Source of the DNA: a virus
Lineage: Duplodnaviria; Caudoviricetes
Strand: one strand, 5' to 3'
Virus record (IMG/VR): IMGVR_UViG_3300028832_000095
Span: 64,001 to 128,000 of that record
Length of the DNA stretch: 64,000 nt
Shown here: in pieces, positions 27,705 through 37,535 of the stretch
Layout: every line of letters begins with the position of its first letter
How positions within the stretch are numbered: the stretch's first letter is position 1
Translations under genes and position numbers: made by a program
Notes under the pieces: generated by a model
What the model was told of the DNA's origin: nothing
Databases searched by the model: none
What the model saw: only the letters and a program-made list of their open reading frames with translations

Positions 27705-28173
27705 AAATTTCATTGAAAAGAAACTTCCAAAATGTACTAACGGAGTTATCTCATTTAAGGTTTTTGAGAAAGTTGGTAATGAAGTTATTGATAGTCCATT
27801 GTTCACTAACAAGGAATGGGATGCTGAAACTTTTGATAAAAAATGGTTAAAAGCTGAAGTTGTGCATTATAGCATCGGTTATGGAATTTGTAATGATTTT
27901 ACTGAGGTTTGCTACATTTATGTTTATGATCCAGATAAGCCAGTAGAAGGAAGACCTTATTACTTCTATATGGATTCTTGTGGAGATGGTGTTTCTACTG
28001 GATCCGGTTGGGTAAAACTTACTCCGGAACAAGCTAGATGGGTTGCATTTGCTTTGGATAAAAGTAATTGGAAAGATTGGGTTCCCGGAGTTCCAATGGT
28101 TGACGGCGATACAAGAATTCATCTTGATAAGTGGAAAACAGTTAGTCAGGTTGAGAAAGGAAAGAAAAAATGA
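27694..28173 (+). CDS. hypothetical protein (paralog family with 26656)
   Basis: Shared C-terminal domain. Confidence 0.65.
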   Translation: MTLKNFIEKKLPKCTNGVISFKVFEKVGNEVIDSPLFTNKEWDAETFDKKWLKAEVVHYSIGYGICNDFTEVCYIYVYDPDKPVEGRPYYFYMDSCGDGVSTGSGWVKLTPEQARWVAFALDKSNWKDWVPGVPMVDGDTRIHLDKWKTVSQVEKGKKK

Positions 28174-28427
28174 AAGTATATGCAGTAGAAAGATATGTAA
28201 GGGATGGACTCTTGAAATCTTTTACCGCCACTCTTTTAGATATTTTTGAAACTCGTGAAGCCGGATTGGAATTCTGCAAAGAGTTTGTAAGGAAAAGTGA
28301 TATGAATTCTAAGAAAGATGGAATTAGCTTAGTAGAAACACAAAAAGACGGAGCAGATTTGATCTGTAATTCTCATGTTGGAAGATTTGAATTCTTAAAA
28401 GGTTACTGGAAGGAGGTTAAAAAATGA
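28170..28427 (+). CDS. hypothetical protein
   Basis: Coupled ORF. Confidence 0.55.
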   Translation: MKVYAVERYVRDGLLKSFTATLLDIFETREAGLEFCKEFVRKSDMNSKKDGISLVETQKDGADLICNSHVGRFEFLKGYWKEVKK

Positions 28428-28792
28428 GTATAATCGAAAATGCAAAGATCAAGGATGTTTCTATTTCTATGGCAGATCACGGAGTTCTTACTTTTACTAT
28501 TTTTGTTGAGGGTTCCGGATGGTGCTGTGGTATTGGGCAGTATGTAAATGGCGTTGGTTATCTTGGCGCAGATTACTGGAAAGGTAATGGCTCTGCTATT
28601 GTGGCAATGATGAAAATTATGGACACAGTTGGAGTTGAAAAGTGGGAAAACTTACAGGGCAAATATATCCGTATAGAGTCTAAAGGTTGGGGTTCTTCTA
28701 TTCATAAGATCGGAAATATAATTGAAGATAAATGGTTTGATCTTAAAGAGTTTTTTGAAAACACCGACGGAAAGCCCTTATATTTTAGATGA
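28424..28792 (+). CDS. hypothetical phage protein
   Basis: AGGAGG RBS; NAKI..DHG..VGVEKWE.L.GKYIR..IGNII.DKWF. Confidence 0.65.
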   Translation: MSIIENAKIKDVSISMADHGVLTFTIFVEGSGWCCGIGQYVNGVGYLGADYWKGNGSAIVAMMKIMDTVGVEKWENLQGKYIRIESKGWGSSIHKIGNIIEDKWFDLKEFFENTDGKPLYFR

Positions 28793-28806
28793 GAGGGTAG
28801 GAAAAA

Positions 28807-29289
28807 ATGAATGAATATCTAAAAGATATAAAGATTAACAACTATACATTAAATATATCGAAACTTAATTTAACACAAAAAGACTTTGAAATCGCAAAAG
28901 AAGAATATGAACGGAATAGAATTATCTATAACTTAGCACATGATCTGGAACAGCATTTATATGATTTCAATAACAAAGTTTATCTTGTAATAGACAAACT
29001 TGTATTTGACACCTTTCGAGATATAGGTGGATGTTATAATCCAGAAACAATTCTTCAAGCAATGACAGATTTATCACTTCTTCAAAGAGTTATCAAATCT
29101 GTGAATGAACAAATAAAAATGCTTGATGTATATGAAGCAACACTCACACAAACCGAACAAGGAACATGGCAATATAATCCTATACATGGATATCAATTAG
29201 CTGTTCCAAAAGAACCGTTCAAACCAACAGAAGAATTGTTTACATCTATTAAAAATAGGTGGGAGGAGATTTATGGAAAGTACATATGA
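28807..29289 (+). CDS. hypothetical protein
   Basis: ORF in operon. Confidence 0.55.
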   Translation: MNEYLKDIKINNYTLNISKLNLTQKDFEIAKEEYERNRIIYNLAHDLEQHLYDFNNKVYLVIDKLVFDTFRDIGGCYNPETILQAMTDLSLLQRVIKSVNEQIKMLDVYEATLTQTEQGTWQYNPIHGYQLAVPKEPFKPTEELFTSIKNRWEEIYGKYI

Positions 29290-29551
29290 AACACTAATAG
29301 AATTATGTAATATAAAATCACAATTGGATGACTCACTCAATAAAACGGATAATGAAATTTTGCAAAAACTTGTCTTTCAGCAAAAACTAAATGAGCTGGT
29401 TCAAACAATAATGGATGATACATCTGTTATTAAACCTCCGGTGGAAATACCAAATCCTCCATTACCACCACTTAAACATGACGAAGTTGATCATGAAAAA
29501 TTAGATTGGATAATTCCACCAATTTCAGTAAGAAAGGATAATGAAAAATGA
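29273..29551 (+). CDS. hypothetical protein
   Basis: GGAGGAG RBS. Confidence 0.55.
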   Translation: MESTYETLIELCNIKSQLDDSLNKTDNEILQKLVFQQKLNELVQTIMDDTSVIKPPVEIPNPPLPPLKHDEVDHEKLDWIIPPISVRKDNEK

Positions 29552-29763
29552 ATTTTACAATGGAAGAATTGATGATGCTTTATGCATCTGTTGGATGTTT
29601 TCATGAAAGAGCTGCCAGACAATTCGCAGATTCATTGGCAGATAAAACAGAAGAAGATAAAACAATAAGCCCAGAAGAATTCTCAGAAACAAATGAAGCA
29701 ATTATGAAACTATATGATAAACTTGAAAATGAAATAAAAAGAATTGCGGAAGAAAATAATTAA
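29548..29763 (+). CDS. hypothetical protein
   Basis: Coupled ORF. Confidence 0.55.
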   Translation: MNFTMEELMMLYASVGCFHERAARQFADSLADKTEEDKTISPEEFSETNEAIMKLYDKLENEIKRIAEENN

Positions 29764-29888
29764 AAACAAATAACAAATAAAAGAACAATAGATGGAATAT
29801 AGAAAAAACATCTATCGTTCTTTCTTTATATGCGAAAAAAGAAACAATATAAGTAGAATTTTTATCCCTTAAAGGAGTTGATCTATTT

Positions 29889-30857
29889 ATGGCATATACA
29901 GGAACAGGAACACAAGCAGATCCTTTTATTCCAACGACAATAACAAGTTTATATGACGTTTTAGATATATGTAATAATGATGAAAGTTCATTTGGTGTGG
30001 CTGGTTATTATATTAAGTTGACATCCAATCTTGATTGCGCGAGTGATACTGATTATGTCGGATACTCTAATACGCCTATAACACTAACTTCATATGTTAA
30101 TAAACTATATTCTGATAACGGATATAAGATTATCGGTCTGTGCGTAAAAGCACAGTATTTCATAAATGCTTTTGCTACAGCAAATAATTATGTTATAGAT
30201 AACATTGGATTTGAGAATTGTTTTTGGAAACCACCAGCAGCAGGAGTTTGTTTCTATTTAACAAGTAGTGGTAGTTCTACTGATGCTGTAAAGCATATGT
30301 ATAGAGTTTCATCAAGTATTTATGTAGCTGCTTCGGATAATGATACACAGTTTATATCTTTTCAATATGGCTCTATGCCTTTTTCAACAATAGAGGAAAG
30401 TTCTCTTTATTTTGATTTTAGCAATTCTGTTAATATTGATTGTAGTCAACAAAATCTTATGTTCTCTCACTTTATAAATACAAATATAATTATAACAAAT
30501 GCATATTTGTATGGTATTGGAGGAACACCTTATATTATTACGGCTTACTTAAATCACCATTCCCCATATAATAGCTTTATTTTTAAGAATTGTACTATAC
30601 GTGCAGGTAATAATGGAGATTTTAATCTAATTGCAAATCTTGATTATAGTTACGCGGCTTTTATTGATTGTACGTTTAGTGCAAATACTTTATCAGGTGT
30701 TGGCACAGCAAATAAATATGATTGTTCTCATTGCGTTGTAGCATCCGATAATTATACTAATGTTAATCACACTGATGACCCAACTTATGTGAATTATTTA
30801 ACAATACAGGAACTACAAGATAATCAAAAGTTAATTGATATAGGATTTTTACCATAA
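29889..30857 (+). CDS. putative virion beta-solenoid/adhesin-like protein
   Basis: N-terminal GTGTQADPF, YYIKLTSNLD; N/S/Y/F-rich. Confidence 0.45.
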   Translation: MAYTGTGTQADPFIPTTITSLYDVLDICNNDESSFGVAGYYIKLTSNLDCASDTDYVGYSNTPITLTSYVNKLYSDNGYKIIGLCVKAQYFINAFATANNYVIDNIGFENCFWKPPAAGVCFYLTSSGSSTDAVKHMYRVSSSIYVAASDNDTQFISFQYGSMPFSTIEESSLYFDFSNSVNIDCSQQNLMFSHFINTNIIITNAYLYGIGGTPYIITAYLNHHSPYNSFIFKNCTIRAGNNGDFNLIANLDYSYAAFIDCTFSANTLSGVGTANKYDCSHCVVASDNYTNVNHTDDPTYVNYLTIQELQDNQKLIDIGFLP

Positions 30858-30875
30858 TTAGGTTAGGGTGATATT

Positions 30876-31628
30876 ATGTCTTGGTCAAGTACAAATTGGA
30901 AGTTATTGGACGGTTCAAATTTTAGTCTACCATATCCATCTGTATTAACACAAATCGTAGATACGATTGATAACTCTAATATAAAATTTTGCTTCTATAA
31001 ATATGGAGTTGAAAATTATGGTCTGCCGAAATCAATTCCATATAATATAAATATACCGGGAGCTTGCAAAGGATTAAGTAATTTAACATCTGTGACAATA
31101 CCTGATTCTGTAAAATATATAGATCATTATGCATTTTGGGATACTGGATTGACTTCTGTAACACTATCATATAAAACAAAATATCAAAGTACATCATTTC
31201 CCCAAAACTGTACTATAAATATAATAGATGACAGACCGTTTTCATGTGATTCTGAATATTATATAGACACAGAAGTTGAATACGTTATAAATGGAAATTA
31301 TTATTATAAGTATAATGACGAACCATCAGTAGGTATGATAGTAATAATAAATGCAGGTGGCATATATTATACAACAGGTTTATTTATATCTCCTTACTCA
31401 GAAAGTGCTGTAACCTATAAAACGCAATATGGTTATGTGTGTACTTCGGTTGGAAGCATAATATATGATGGGGTTACATGGTGGTATTCTTCCGCTGATT
31501 ATGCTATTGGAGGTCAGTATCAGGGCAGCGGTATGGAAAATTATTCAGATATAGTAAATTTCCCATACACTCAACAAATTTTAACAAATATTTTACAATC
31601 AATACACGCATCTATGAATAATAATTAA
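30876..31628 (+). CDS. protein with BspA-type leucine-rich repeat
   Basis: NLTSVTIPDSVKYIDHYAFWDTGLTSVTL. Confidence 0.7.
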   Translation: MSWSSTNWKLLDGSNFSLPYPSVLTQIVDTIDNSNIKFCFYKYGVENYGLPKSIPYNINIPGACKGLSNLTSVTIPDSVKYIDHYAFWDTGLTSVTLSYKTKYQSTSFPQNCTINIIDDRPFSCDSEYYIDTEVEYVINGNYYYKYNDEPSVGMIVIINAGGIYYTTGLFISPYSESAVTYKTQYGYVCTSVGSIIYDGVTWWYSSADYAIGGQYQGSGMENYSDIVNFPYTQQILTNILQSIHASMNNN

Positions 31629-31643
31629 AACAAATATTTATTT

Positions 31644-31682
31644 ACAAACCACTTGACAAAATCAGGTGGTTTGTGTTATAAT
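31644..31682 (+). promoter_or_regulatory. sigma-A promoter overlapping an inverted repeat
   Basis: TTGACA(31653)-N18-TATAAT overlapping ACAAACCACTTGA/TCAGGTGGTTTGT. Confidence 0.7.
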
Positions 31683-31718
31683 ATATTTAAGAGTAATCAC
31701 AAAGGAGGAAATGTAATA

Positions 31719-31889
31719 ATGCCAGAAAAAGAATTATCAGAAAAAGAAATAGAACAACAGATAAAAAATCTACTTATAGATAATGTAAATATAAAAGAAC
31801 TAATGGATCTGGGAAAACAAGTCTCAGAAAAATATGATGTAGATCCAGAACTATATGAATTTTTCCATAGAGAAGTGGTAGAAGTTTAA
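31719..31889 (+). CDS. small hypothetical protein
   Basis: AAAGGAGG RBS. Confidence 0.6.
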   Translation: MPEKELSEKEIEQQIKNLLIDNVNIKELMDLGKQVSEKYDVDPELYEFFHREVVEV

Positions 31890-31993
31890 GTATATAAAAA
31901 AACAAATAATTAAACTATAAACAAAACAATCTAGAACTATAAACGATGTAACTCGTTATAGGACGGGACATTATGTGAAAAGGGGATGGTCTT

Positions 31994-32358
31994 ATGGTAA
32001 GAAGATTAAACGAAGATATATATATAAGGATAATGAGTATTATAACGAATTTCAACAGTGGTTAGACAACGATTATCCTAATCTTATCAGGGAAGTTGAG
32101 GAATATGTAGAAGAAGGATTCACAACAGAAGCTGCAATAGAGATTGTCTGTGATTATTATGGAATATATAATGACCAAGGTGAAATTGACGATATTTGCA
32201 AGTTATTTGGAGTTAGAAGAAGACGCGATTATACACCTCAGGATATGCTTCTAGCATTTGATAAAAATATGCTAGATGTTACAAATGAATACATTGATGG
32301 ATATAGAGATGCCTGCAAAGGGATCAAGGAACTGTATGGAATAAATTTGAATATTTAA
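31994..32358 (+). pseudogene. L-x-E leader family protein, frameshifted at a TA repeat
   Basis: RBS + MVRRLNEDIY at 31994 is out of frame with the body KDNEYYNEF.. Confidence 0.6.
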
Positions 32359-32371
32359 GGGAGATGTTTCT

Positions 32372-32776
32372 ATGAAACTTATTATTGAAGATATTGGTAA
32401 TTATAGGTTTGCCATTATTATTAAAAATGATTCTGGCAGAAGTTATAATTTTGTGGAATGGGCAGATTCTTTACAAGATGGTAAATCAACCGCTAGGGAA
32501 TACTATGATAGTGATTTTTATCATCGTACTCATTCAGAGTATTGGCTTTATGATACAAAGAAACATAGAGCTTATTTACCACAAGGGTTTAGTTCTACAG
32601 ATCAGCAATTTGATAATTCCTTACCTATTTATAAAGAGGATGATGAGGGTAGATATGAACTTCTTGTTGATTATGTAGATGATAAGATATATGGAATGAA
32701 AGAGTCCGTTCAGCCTGATGGTAACTCGGTCAGAAAGGCATGGGCAGAAAAACTAGGAGTAGACCAAAACTATTGA
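32372..32776 (+). CDS. L-x-E leader family protein (5' part)
   Basis: MKLIIE, internal MKES; probably continues into 32740 ORF. Confidence 0.55.
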   Translation: MKLIIEDIGNYRFAIIIKNDSGRSYNFVEWADSLQDGKSTAREYYDSDFYHRTHSEYWLYDTKKHRAYLPQGFSSTDQQFDNSLPIYKEDDEGRYELLVDYVDDKIYGMKESVQPDGNSVRKAWAEKLGVDQNY

Positions 32777-33231
32777 GATCTAGTTGCAAAGGAAATTCGT
32801 GTACTATTACAATCAGTGCATTGAATATGTTTAGTGTATACGAAAAAGGTCTTAGTAATAAAGATATTGAAGATGCTGGAAATGATGTTATCAAAGAAAT
32901 GTCATTAAATGGAAAATGTTATATCACAGATCTTGGAAATTATAGTGGAGCTAAATTAAAGTTCGAGACAGTTACAAATGAATGCATGGTTAAAGAATCT
33001 GCTATGCTGATTGGTTGGAATAAAGTAGAAGATATTTGTAATAACTTCAGATTCACAGGAGACTGGTTCAAAGATTTACATAAACTTTGGGATCGACTTG
33101 ATAAATATTATTATAATGAAGTTGAAGTTTATAATGAAAATATCATTAAAAGAATCAAGGATAAGGTAACAGAAGTTATCATTAGCAAGTATCCAGAGTT
33201 TGAAGAAGAAATTAAAGAAGAAATTTGGTAA
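32740..33231 (+). CDS. probable 3' part of 32372 gene
   Basis: Overlaps in the -1 frame; internal VKES. Confidence 0.5.
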   Translation: MGRKTRSRPKLLRSSCKGNSCTITISALNMFSVYEKGLSNKDIEDAGNDVIKEMSLNGKCYITDLGNYSGAKLKFETVTNECMVKESAMLIGWNKVEDICNNFRFTGDWFKDLHKLWDRLDKYYYNEVEVYNENIIKRIKDKVTEVIISKYPEFEEEIKEEIW

Positions 33232-33277
33232 TAAATTAAGAATCATACAAAGTATAAAATACTTAATAAACTTAAAT

Positions 33278-33398
33278 CTAGTATAATATACAAAAATGTC
33301 ACAAGGAATTCTACATTCTTTGTGACATTTTTTATTGAAAAACTTTTAGAAAACACTTGACTTTTTCTCTAAAATATGTTATACTATATTTGTAAGGT
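33278..33398 (+). promoter_or_regulatory. palindrome + terminator + sigma-A promoter module
   Basis: AAAAATGTCACAA/TTGTGACATTTTT; TTGACT(33357)-N17-TATACT. Confidence 0.85.
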
Positions 33399-33435
33399 AA
33401 AGGAAGCACAAACAACAAATAAGGAGGAAAAGAAA

Positions 33436-33774
33436 ATGACTACATCCCAGGAAAGAAAAGTTGATTATCTCCGTAGAGAAGCTGAGAAGATGGCTTCCGA
33501 GTATCATAACAACGGTGAGATTAAGAAGTTTGAAGTTGTAGATCACGGTTCCTTTGTTTCTGTTTACATTGAGGTTGGGGACACAAAAGACGAAGGAACA
33601 CTGGCAGCTTTTATTTGCCGAGAGAAAGCACACATCTTTATAGGCAAGCGTGGAGCAATGGAATTTCCGGTATGGGATGCTAAAAGATGTGACCAAAGAT
33701 ACAAGAAGTTCAGATCTTTGTGGTGTGCTTACTACGATCAGGAAAATAATGTGGTTAAAGGTTCTTATAAATAA
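33436..33774 (+). CDS. hypothetical early protein
   Basis: AAGGAGG RBS. Confidence 0.65.
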   Translation: MTTSQERKVDYLRREAEKMASEYHNNGEIKKFEVVDHGSFVSVYIEVGDTKDEGTLAAFICREKAHIFIGKRGAMEFPVWDAKRCDQRYKKFRSLWCAYYDQENNVVKGSYK

Positions 33775-33786
33775 GGAGGGTTTATT

Positions 33787-34011
33787 ATGGAAGCCACTGT
33801 AAGAATTCTTATTAATGATATTGATAAACAGGTCGTTCGTGGAAAGAATAGATTTATCAAGGATTGTTTCTATAAGGTTTGGGATGAGATATATAAACCA
33901 AATAAGCCCGTCACAGATTATGATATTGTCTGGTTTAAGAATGAATTGGAATATAGATATTCGATCTTCATTCTTTGGTCGGCACTGGATAAATTCTTTG
34001 GAGAGTTTTGA
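33787..34011 (+). CDS. hypothetical protein
   Basis: AAGGAGG RBS. Confidence 0.6.
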   Translation: MEATVRILINDIDKQVVRGKNRFIKDCFYKVWDEIYKPNKPVTDYDIVWFKNELEYRYSIFILWSALDKFFGEF

Positions 34012-34023
34012 AAGGAGTTTATT

Positions 34024-34200
34024 ATGAAAATGTTTGTTGTTTACTCTCATGGAGATTTTGAGGAAGAATTTAATGCATATTCTGAAGCCAGACAGTATGT
34101 AAAAGATCTGATTAAAGGTACAGCAGAGTGCTATGGTATTACACAAAAAAGAGCTAAAGAGGAACTGGAACTCACGATTGAAGAGGTTGAATATATTTAA
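34024..34200 (+). CDS. small hypothetical protein (58 aa, not in ORF track)
   Basis: AAAGGAG RBS; MKMFVVYSHG..EVEYI. Confidence 0.6.
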   Translation: MKMFVVYSHGDFEEEFNAYSEARQYVKDLIKGTAECYGITQKRAKEELELTIEEVEYI

Positions 34201-34217
34201 TTTTGGAGGTTTTGATT

Positions 34218-34499
34218 ATGTTTACAGTGACTAGACAAGTTTATAACACCACAATGAAATATCTTTCCAAGAACGGACTTCTTTATAAATCTTATGATCT
34301 GTTTGAGTTGTGTGAATATGATCCTGAGATTCCCGAAGACATTAAACAGTGGTCTGAAAATGATGATTATTATGAGTGGGCGCAGTGTCAGCTTGACGTT
34401 ATTCTAGCTAAACATGAACTTAAAGAAGCTCAGAAACAGCTTGATAAGAAGAATAAAAATCTTATGAATTCTGAAAAGAACATACATTTCACTGATTGA
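34218..34499 (+). CDS. hypothetical protein
   Basis: GGAGG RBS. Confidence 0.6.
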   Translation: MFTVTRQVYNTTMKYLSKNGLLYKSYDLFELCEYDPEIPEDIKQWSENDDYYEWAQCQLDVILAKHELKEAQKQLDKKNKNLMNSEKNIHFTD

Positions 34500-34569
34500 T
34501 GATGTTTCTAAATGAAACATCATTTTTTTTCAAATCAATATTGACTTTTGAACAATTATATGTTATACT
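34498..34569 (+). promoter_or_regulatory. terminator + sigma-A promoter
   Basis: GATGTTTC/GAAACATC + T-run; TTGACT(34541)-N17-TATACT. Confidence 0.8.
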
Positions 34570-34592
34570 ATATGTATGGAGGTGATCTGTTC

Positions 34593-34949
34593 ATGAGTTT
34601 GAAATCAATTCTTACAGATTATGGAATTAAGGATGAAGAAGGTCTTAGGTTTGTTCTGGATCAATATGGAAAGATTATTCAGGAACTAAGCCACAATGAA
34701 TTATCTAAACTAACATACGATGCAAATTATCTATTGGAACACTTTGAATATAAATTCAAAGAGTATATCAAGCCGTGGGAATATGATGGATTCCCACAGA
34801 ACTTCCGATCAATTGTTTTTGAGACAAACAAGGGGGATGTCTTCTCAGGGTATTTCGATGTTGAAAAACATTTGTTTATAAATTCTAACAAACAAACTTG
34901 TGATGAGTTCTACGAAGATGAAGTTTGTGGTTGGTTCTATGATAACTGA
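34593..34949 (+). CDS. hypothetical protein
   Basis: GGAGGTG RBS. Confidence 0.6.
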   Translation: MSLKSILTDYGIKDEEGLRFVLDQYGKIIQELSHNELSKLTYDANYLLEHFEYKFKEYIKPWEYDGFPQNFRSIVFETNKGDVFSGYFDVEKHLFINSNKQTCDEFYEDEVCGWFYDN

Positions 34950-34964
34950 TATTGGAGGTAATGT

Positions 34965-35558
34965 ATGCTTATTCCGGCACAATTGAGACAGGATGAATTA
35001 AAGCAGTTATTCATAAACACATGGTATGATGAAAAGTTCAAATACTATTGGGATGGAACAGGAAGATCTGTGTATCAGAGTGATGATAACTGCTATTATT
35101 CTCGGCAGTTTACATCGGTAGATAAAGATAACAATATCATCGGATATATTGGATATTCCTATAACAATGATAATCGTTCTGCCAATAACTTTGGATTATG
35201 TGCTTTTAACGGAACAAATAAAATATTTTTTGATGATGTGATCCTGTGTATATACGAGATATTCTATAAGTTTCATCTTAATAGAGTAGAGTTCTGTGCC
35301 TTTGAAGGTAATCCTGCTATAAAAGGATATAGAGCTTTTCTTAAAAGATATGGTGGTAAAGAAGTAGCACATCTCCATGAAGTTTGTAGGCTTATGGACG
35401 GAAAGTTACACGATTCATTTATATTTGAATGTTTAAGAATGGATCTGAAAGTAGAACACCATATCAATTATAATGCTGAATATGAGTTTGAAACTGTATT
35501 GGAACGAGATGCCACAAAAATTATAGAAAGACGTAAACAGGAGGAAAATAAGAAATGA
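34965..35558 (+). CDS. GNAT (RimJ/RimL-like) acetyltransferase
   Basis: IIGYI..LNRVEF..GNPAIKGY..GG..DGKLHD. Confidence 0.65.
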   Translation: MLIPAQLRQDELKQLFINTWYDEKFKYYWDGTGRSVYQSDDNCYYSRQFTSVDKDNNIIGYIGYSYNNDNRSANNFGLCAFNGTNKIFFDDVILCIYEIFYKFHLNRVEFCAFEGNPAIKGYRAFLKRYGGKEVAHLHEVCRLMDGKLHDSFIFECLRMDLKVEHHINYNAEYEFETVLERDATKIIERRKQEENKK

Positions 35559-36154
35559 TTTTATCTGATAGAGGAATTAAAGAAGCAATCGAAAAAAGAA
35601 CTATTATTGTAGACCCCTGTGATGACATTTGTATTCAACCTGCCAGTCTTGACATTAGACTAGGTAGAAGTTTTGCAACACCTGAAACAAAGAAATATGA
35701 TGTTATTCCTTTCGACAAAGAAATCAAATACAAAAGAGTTATTGCAGATAGATTCATTCTAATGCCGGGTGAGTTTGTTTTAGGAACTACTATGGAAGCT
35801 ATTAGACTGCCAAATAATATCACGGCATTCGTAGAGGGAAGAAGCTCTATCGGTAGACTTGGTTTATTTGTTCAAAACGCAGGATGGGTAGATCCTGGTT
35901 TCTGTGGTGAAATTACATTGGAATTATTCAATGCCGGAAATCACTGTATTGAACTTATTGCCGGAACTAGAATCGCACAGCTTGTATTTGCCTTAATGGA
36001 TCAAAATGCTGAAAATCCTTATAATGGAAAATATCAAGGTCAGGGTGGTGCAACAGGTTCTATGATTTATAAGGATTTTAACGTACAACCAAAGCAAGTA
36101 AACTATTCAACTGATTATCCTAGTTATATGGGAATGAGAGAATATGATGACTAA
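35555..36154 (+). CDS. dcd: dCTP deaminase
   Basis: MILSD, QPASLDIRL, EGRSSIGRLG, DPGFCGEITLE, YNGKYQGQ. Confidence 0.93.
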   Translation: MILSDRGIKEAIEKRTIIVDPCDDICIQPASLDIRLGRSFATPETKKYDVIPFDKEIKYKRVIADRFILMPGEFVLGTTMEAIRLPNNITAFVEGRSSIGRLGLFVQNAGWVDPGFCGEITLELFNAGNHCIELIAGTRIAQLVFALMDQNAENPYNGKYQGQGGATGSMIYKDFNVQPKQVNYSTDYPSYMGMREYDD

Positions 36155-36524
36155 TATAAAATTATATAATGGTGACTGCTTAACTGAAATGAATAACATA
36201 GAAGATTATTCAATTGACTGTATTATATGTGATCTTCCTTATGGAACAACTAAGTGTGAGTGGGATACTGTTATTGATTTTACGGACTTGTGGAATTGCT
36301 ATAACAGAATTTTGAAACAAAATTCAACAGTGGTCTTGTTTGCAAGCGGATTATTTACTTATCGGGTATATCAAAGTAATGTGAAAGATTATAGGTACAA
36401 ACTTATATGGAAGAAGAATGTTCCAACCGGAATGACAAGTGCAAAATATAGACCAATGAAATATTATGAAGAAATGTTGATATTTCAAAAAGGAAATCCT
36501 ACATACAATTTGATTCTAATGTAA
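36144..36524 (+). pseudogene. truncated N4/N6 DNA methyltransferase (5' half)
   Basis: GDCL..DLPYG..IWKK..PTYN then stop; no FxGxG motif. Confidence 0.8.
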
Positions 36525-36988
36525 GTTCATGCAATCTGTTTGATCCTGAATTTAATGAGAGAGTTGAGGTTTGTGCTTCACGAGCGTTAGTTCCACATAA
36601 AATGTCTGCAAAAAATTCTATTCTGACAGAATGTTTTGATGCATCCATTAAAGATAGAATGATTAAATACGGTGAGAGATATGAAAAAGAATTCTCATGT
36701 AGATTTCAACAGATTAAAAAGGGTTGTTTTGATCGCTTAGTATATGTTATATTCTTTAAGGATGTTGCTGTTGTTTATATGACATATTCAAAAGAATTGA
36801 ATAAAGATATGGGTGTGGCTAACACACAGCATAAGAATTCAGTGAATGAGTGTCAGTTCTCTGTGAATAATTTCAATATTGCAAAACACGAAAAGAACAT
36901 CTCTGCTGTTTTTACATATGATAAGATTCTTGATTATCTAAGTTATGATGCGGAGGAAACAGAGAATGAAGCCATTAAAGCAAAGTAA
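36510..36988 (+). pseudogene. restriction-endonuclease-like remnant
   Basis: Frame open upstream of 36602: NLFD..RVEVCASR, a degenerate D..ExK core; FQQIK..FD..QHK. Confidence 0.4.
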
Positions 36989-37520
36989 ATATGTAATAAC
37001 AAATGGAGAAGATTATGTAGCAAATTCAACAGGAACATCTTTCAAAGTAAATAAAGAGGATGCCTATATGTGGTCAACAGAATCAGCAGCTAATAATGTT
37101 CTAATCAATCAGATGGGGCATAAGAAGTCTTATATGGTAAAAGAGATCACTGTTTATAAATCAGATATTGCTCCTGATATAACTATGGATGTAGAAGTCA
37201 TCCAGAACTTTCTTGATATAGTTATGGATAGTGCAGAACATGAAGAAGAACTAAGATCACAACTTAGAAAAACAGATAGGTCTATATCTGATATTTTACA
37301 TTATATAGAAATGACTGATCTTAATGCCCGTGATGGGTATATGGTTTATAAGCAACTAAAAGCCTATCAGAGATCGCGGAGAGAGATTAAGAATAGGTTG
37401 AAGATTGTAGAAAGTGTGAACTCACTTTCAATTGATCCACAAGTCTTGAAGTCTGTAATTTCATTTTTCAAGGAAAGAAGTTATAGACCGAGAGAACTTG
37501 ATTTTGATGATATGTGGTAA
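36966..37520 (+). CDS. hypothetical coiled-coil phage protein
   Basis: DILHYIE..NARDGY..RREIKN..YRPR. Confidence 0.6.
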   Translation: MKPLKQSKYVITNGEDYVANSTGTSFKVNKEDAYMWSTESAANNVLINQMGHKKSYMVKEITVYKSDIAPDITMDVEVIQNFLDIVMDSAEHEEELRSQLRKTDRSISDILHYIEMTDLNARDGYMVYKQLKAYQRSRREIKNRLKIVESVNSLSIDPQVLKSVISFFKERSYRPRELDFDDMW

Positions 37521-37535
37521 ATGGAGGTAGTGTAT

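Noticed and set aside
29889-31628. Diversity-generating retroelement target
   Set aside because: No template/variable repeat pair or reverse transcriptase seen in the window.
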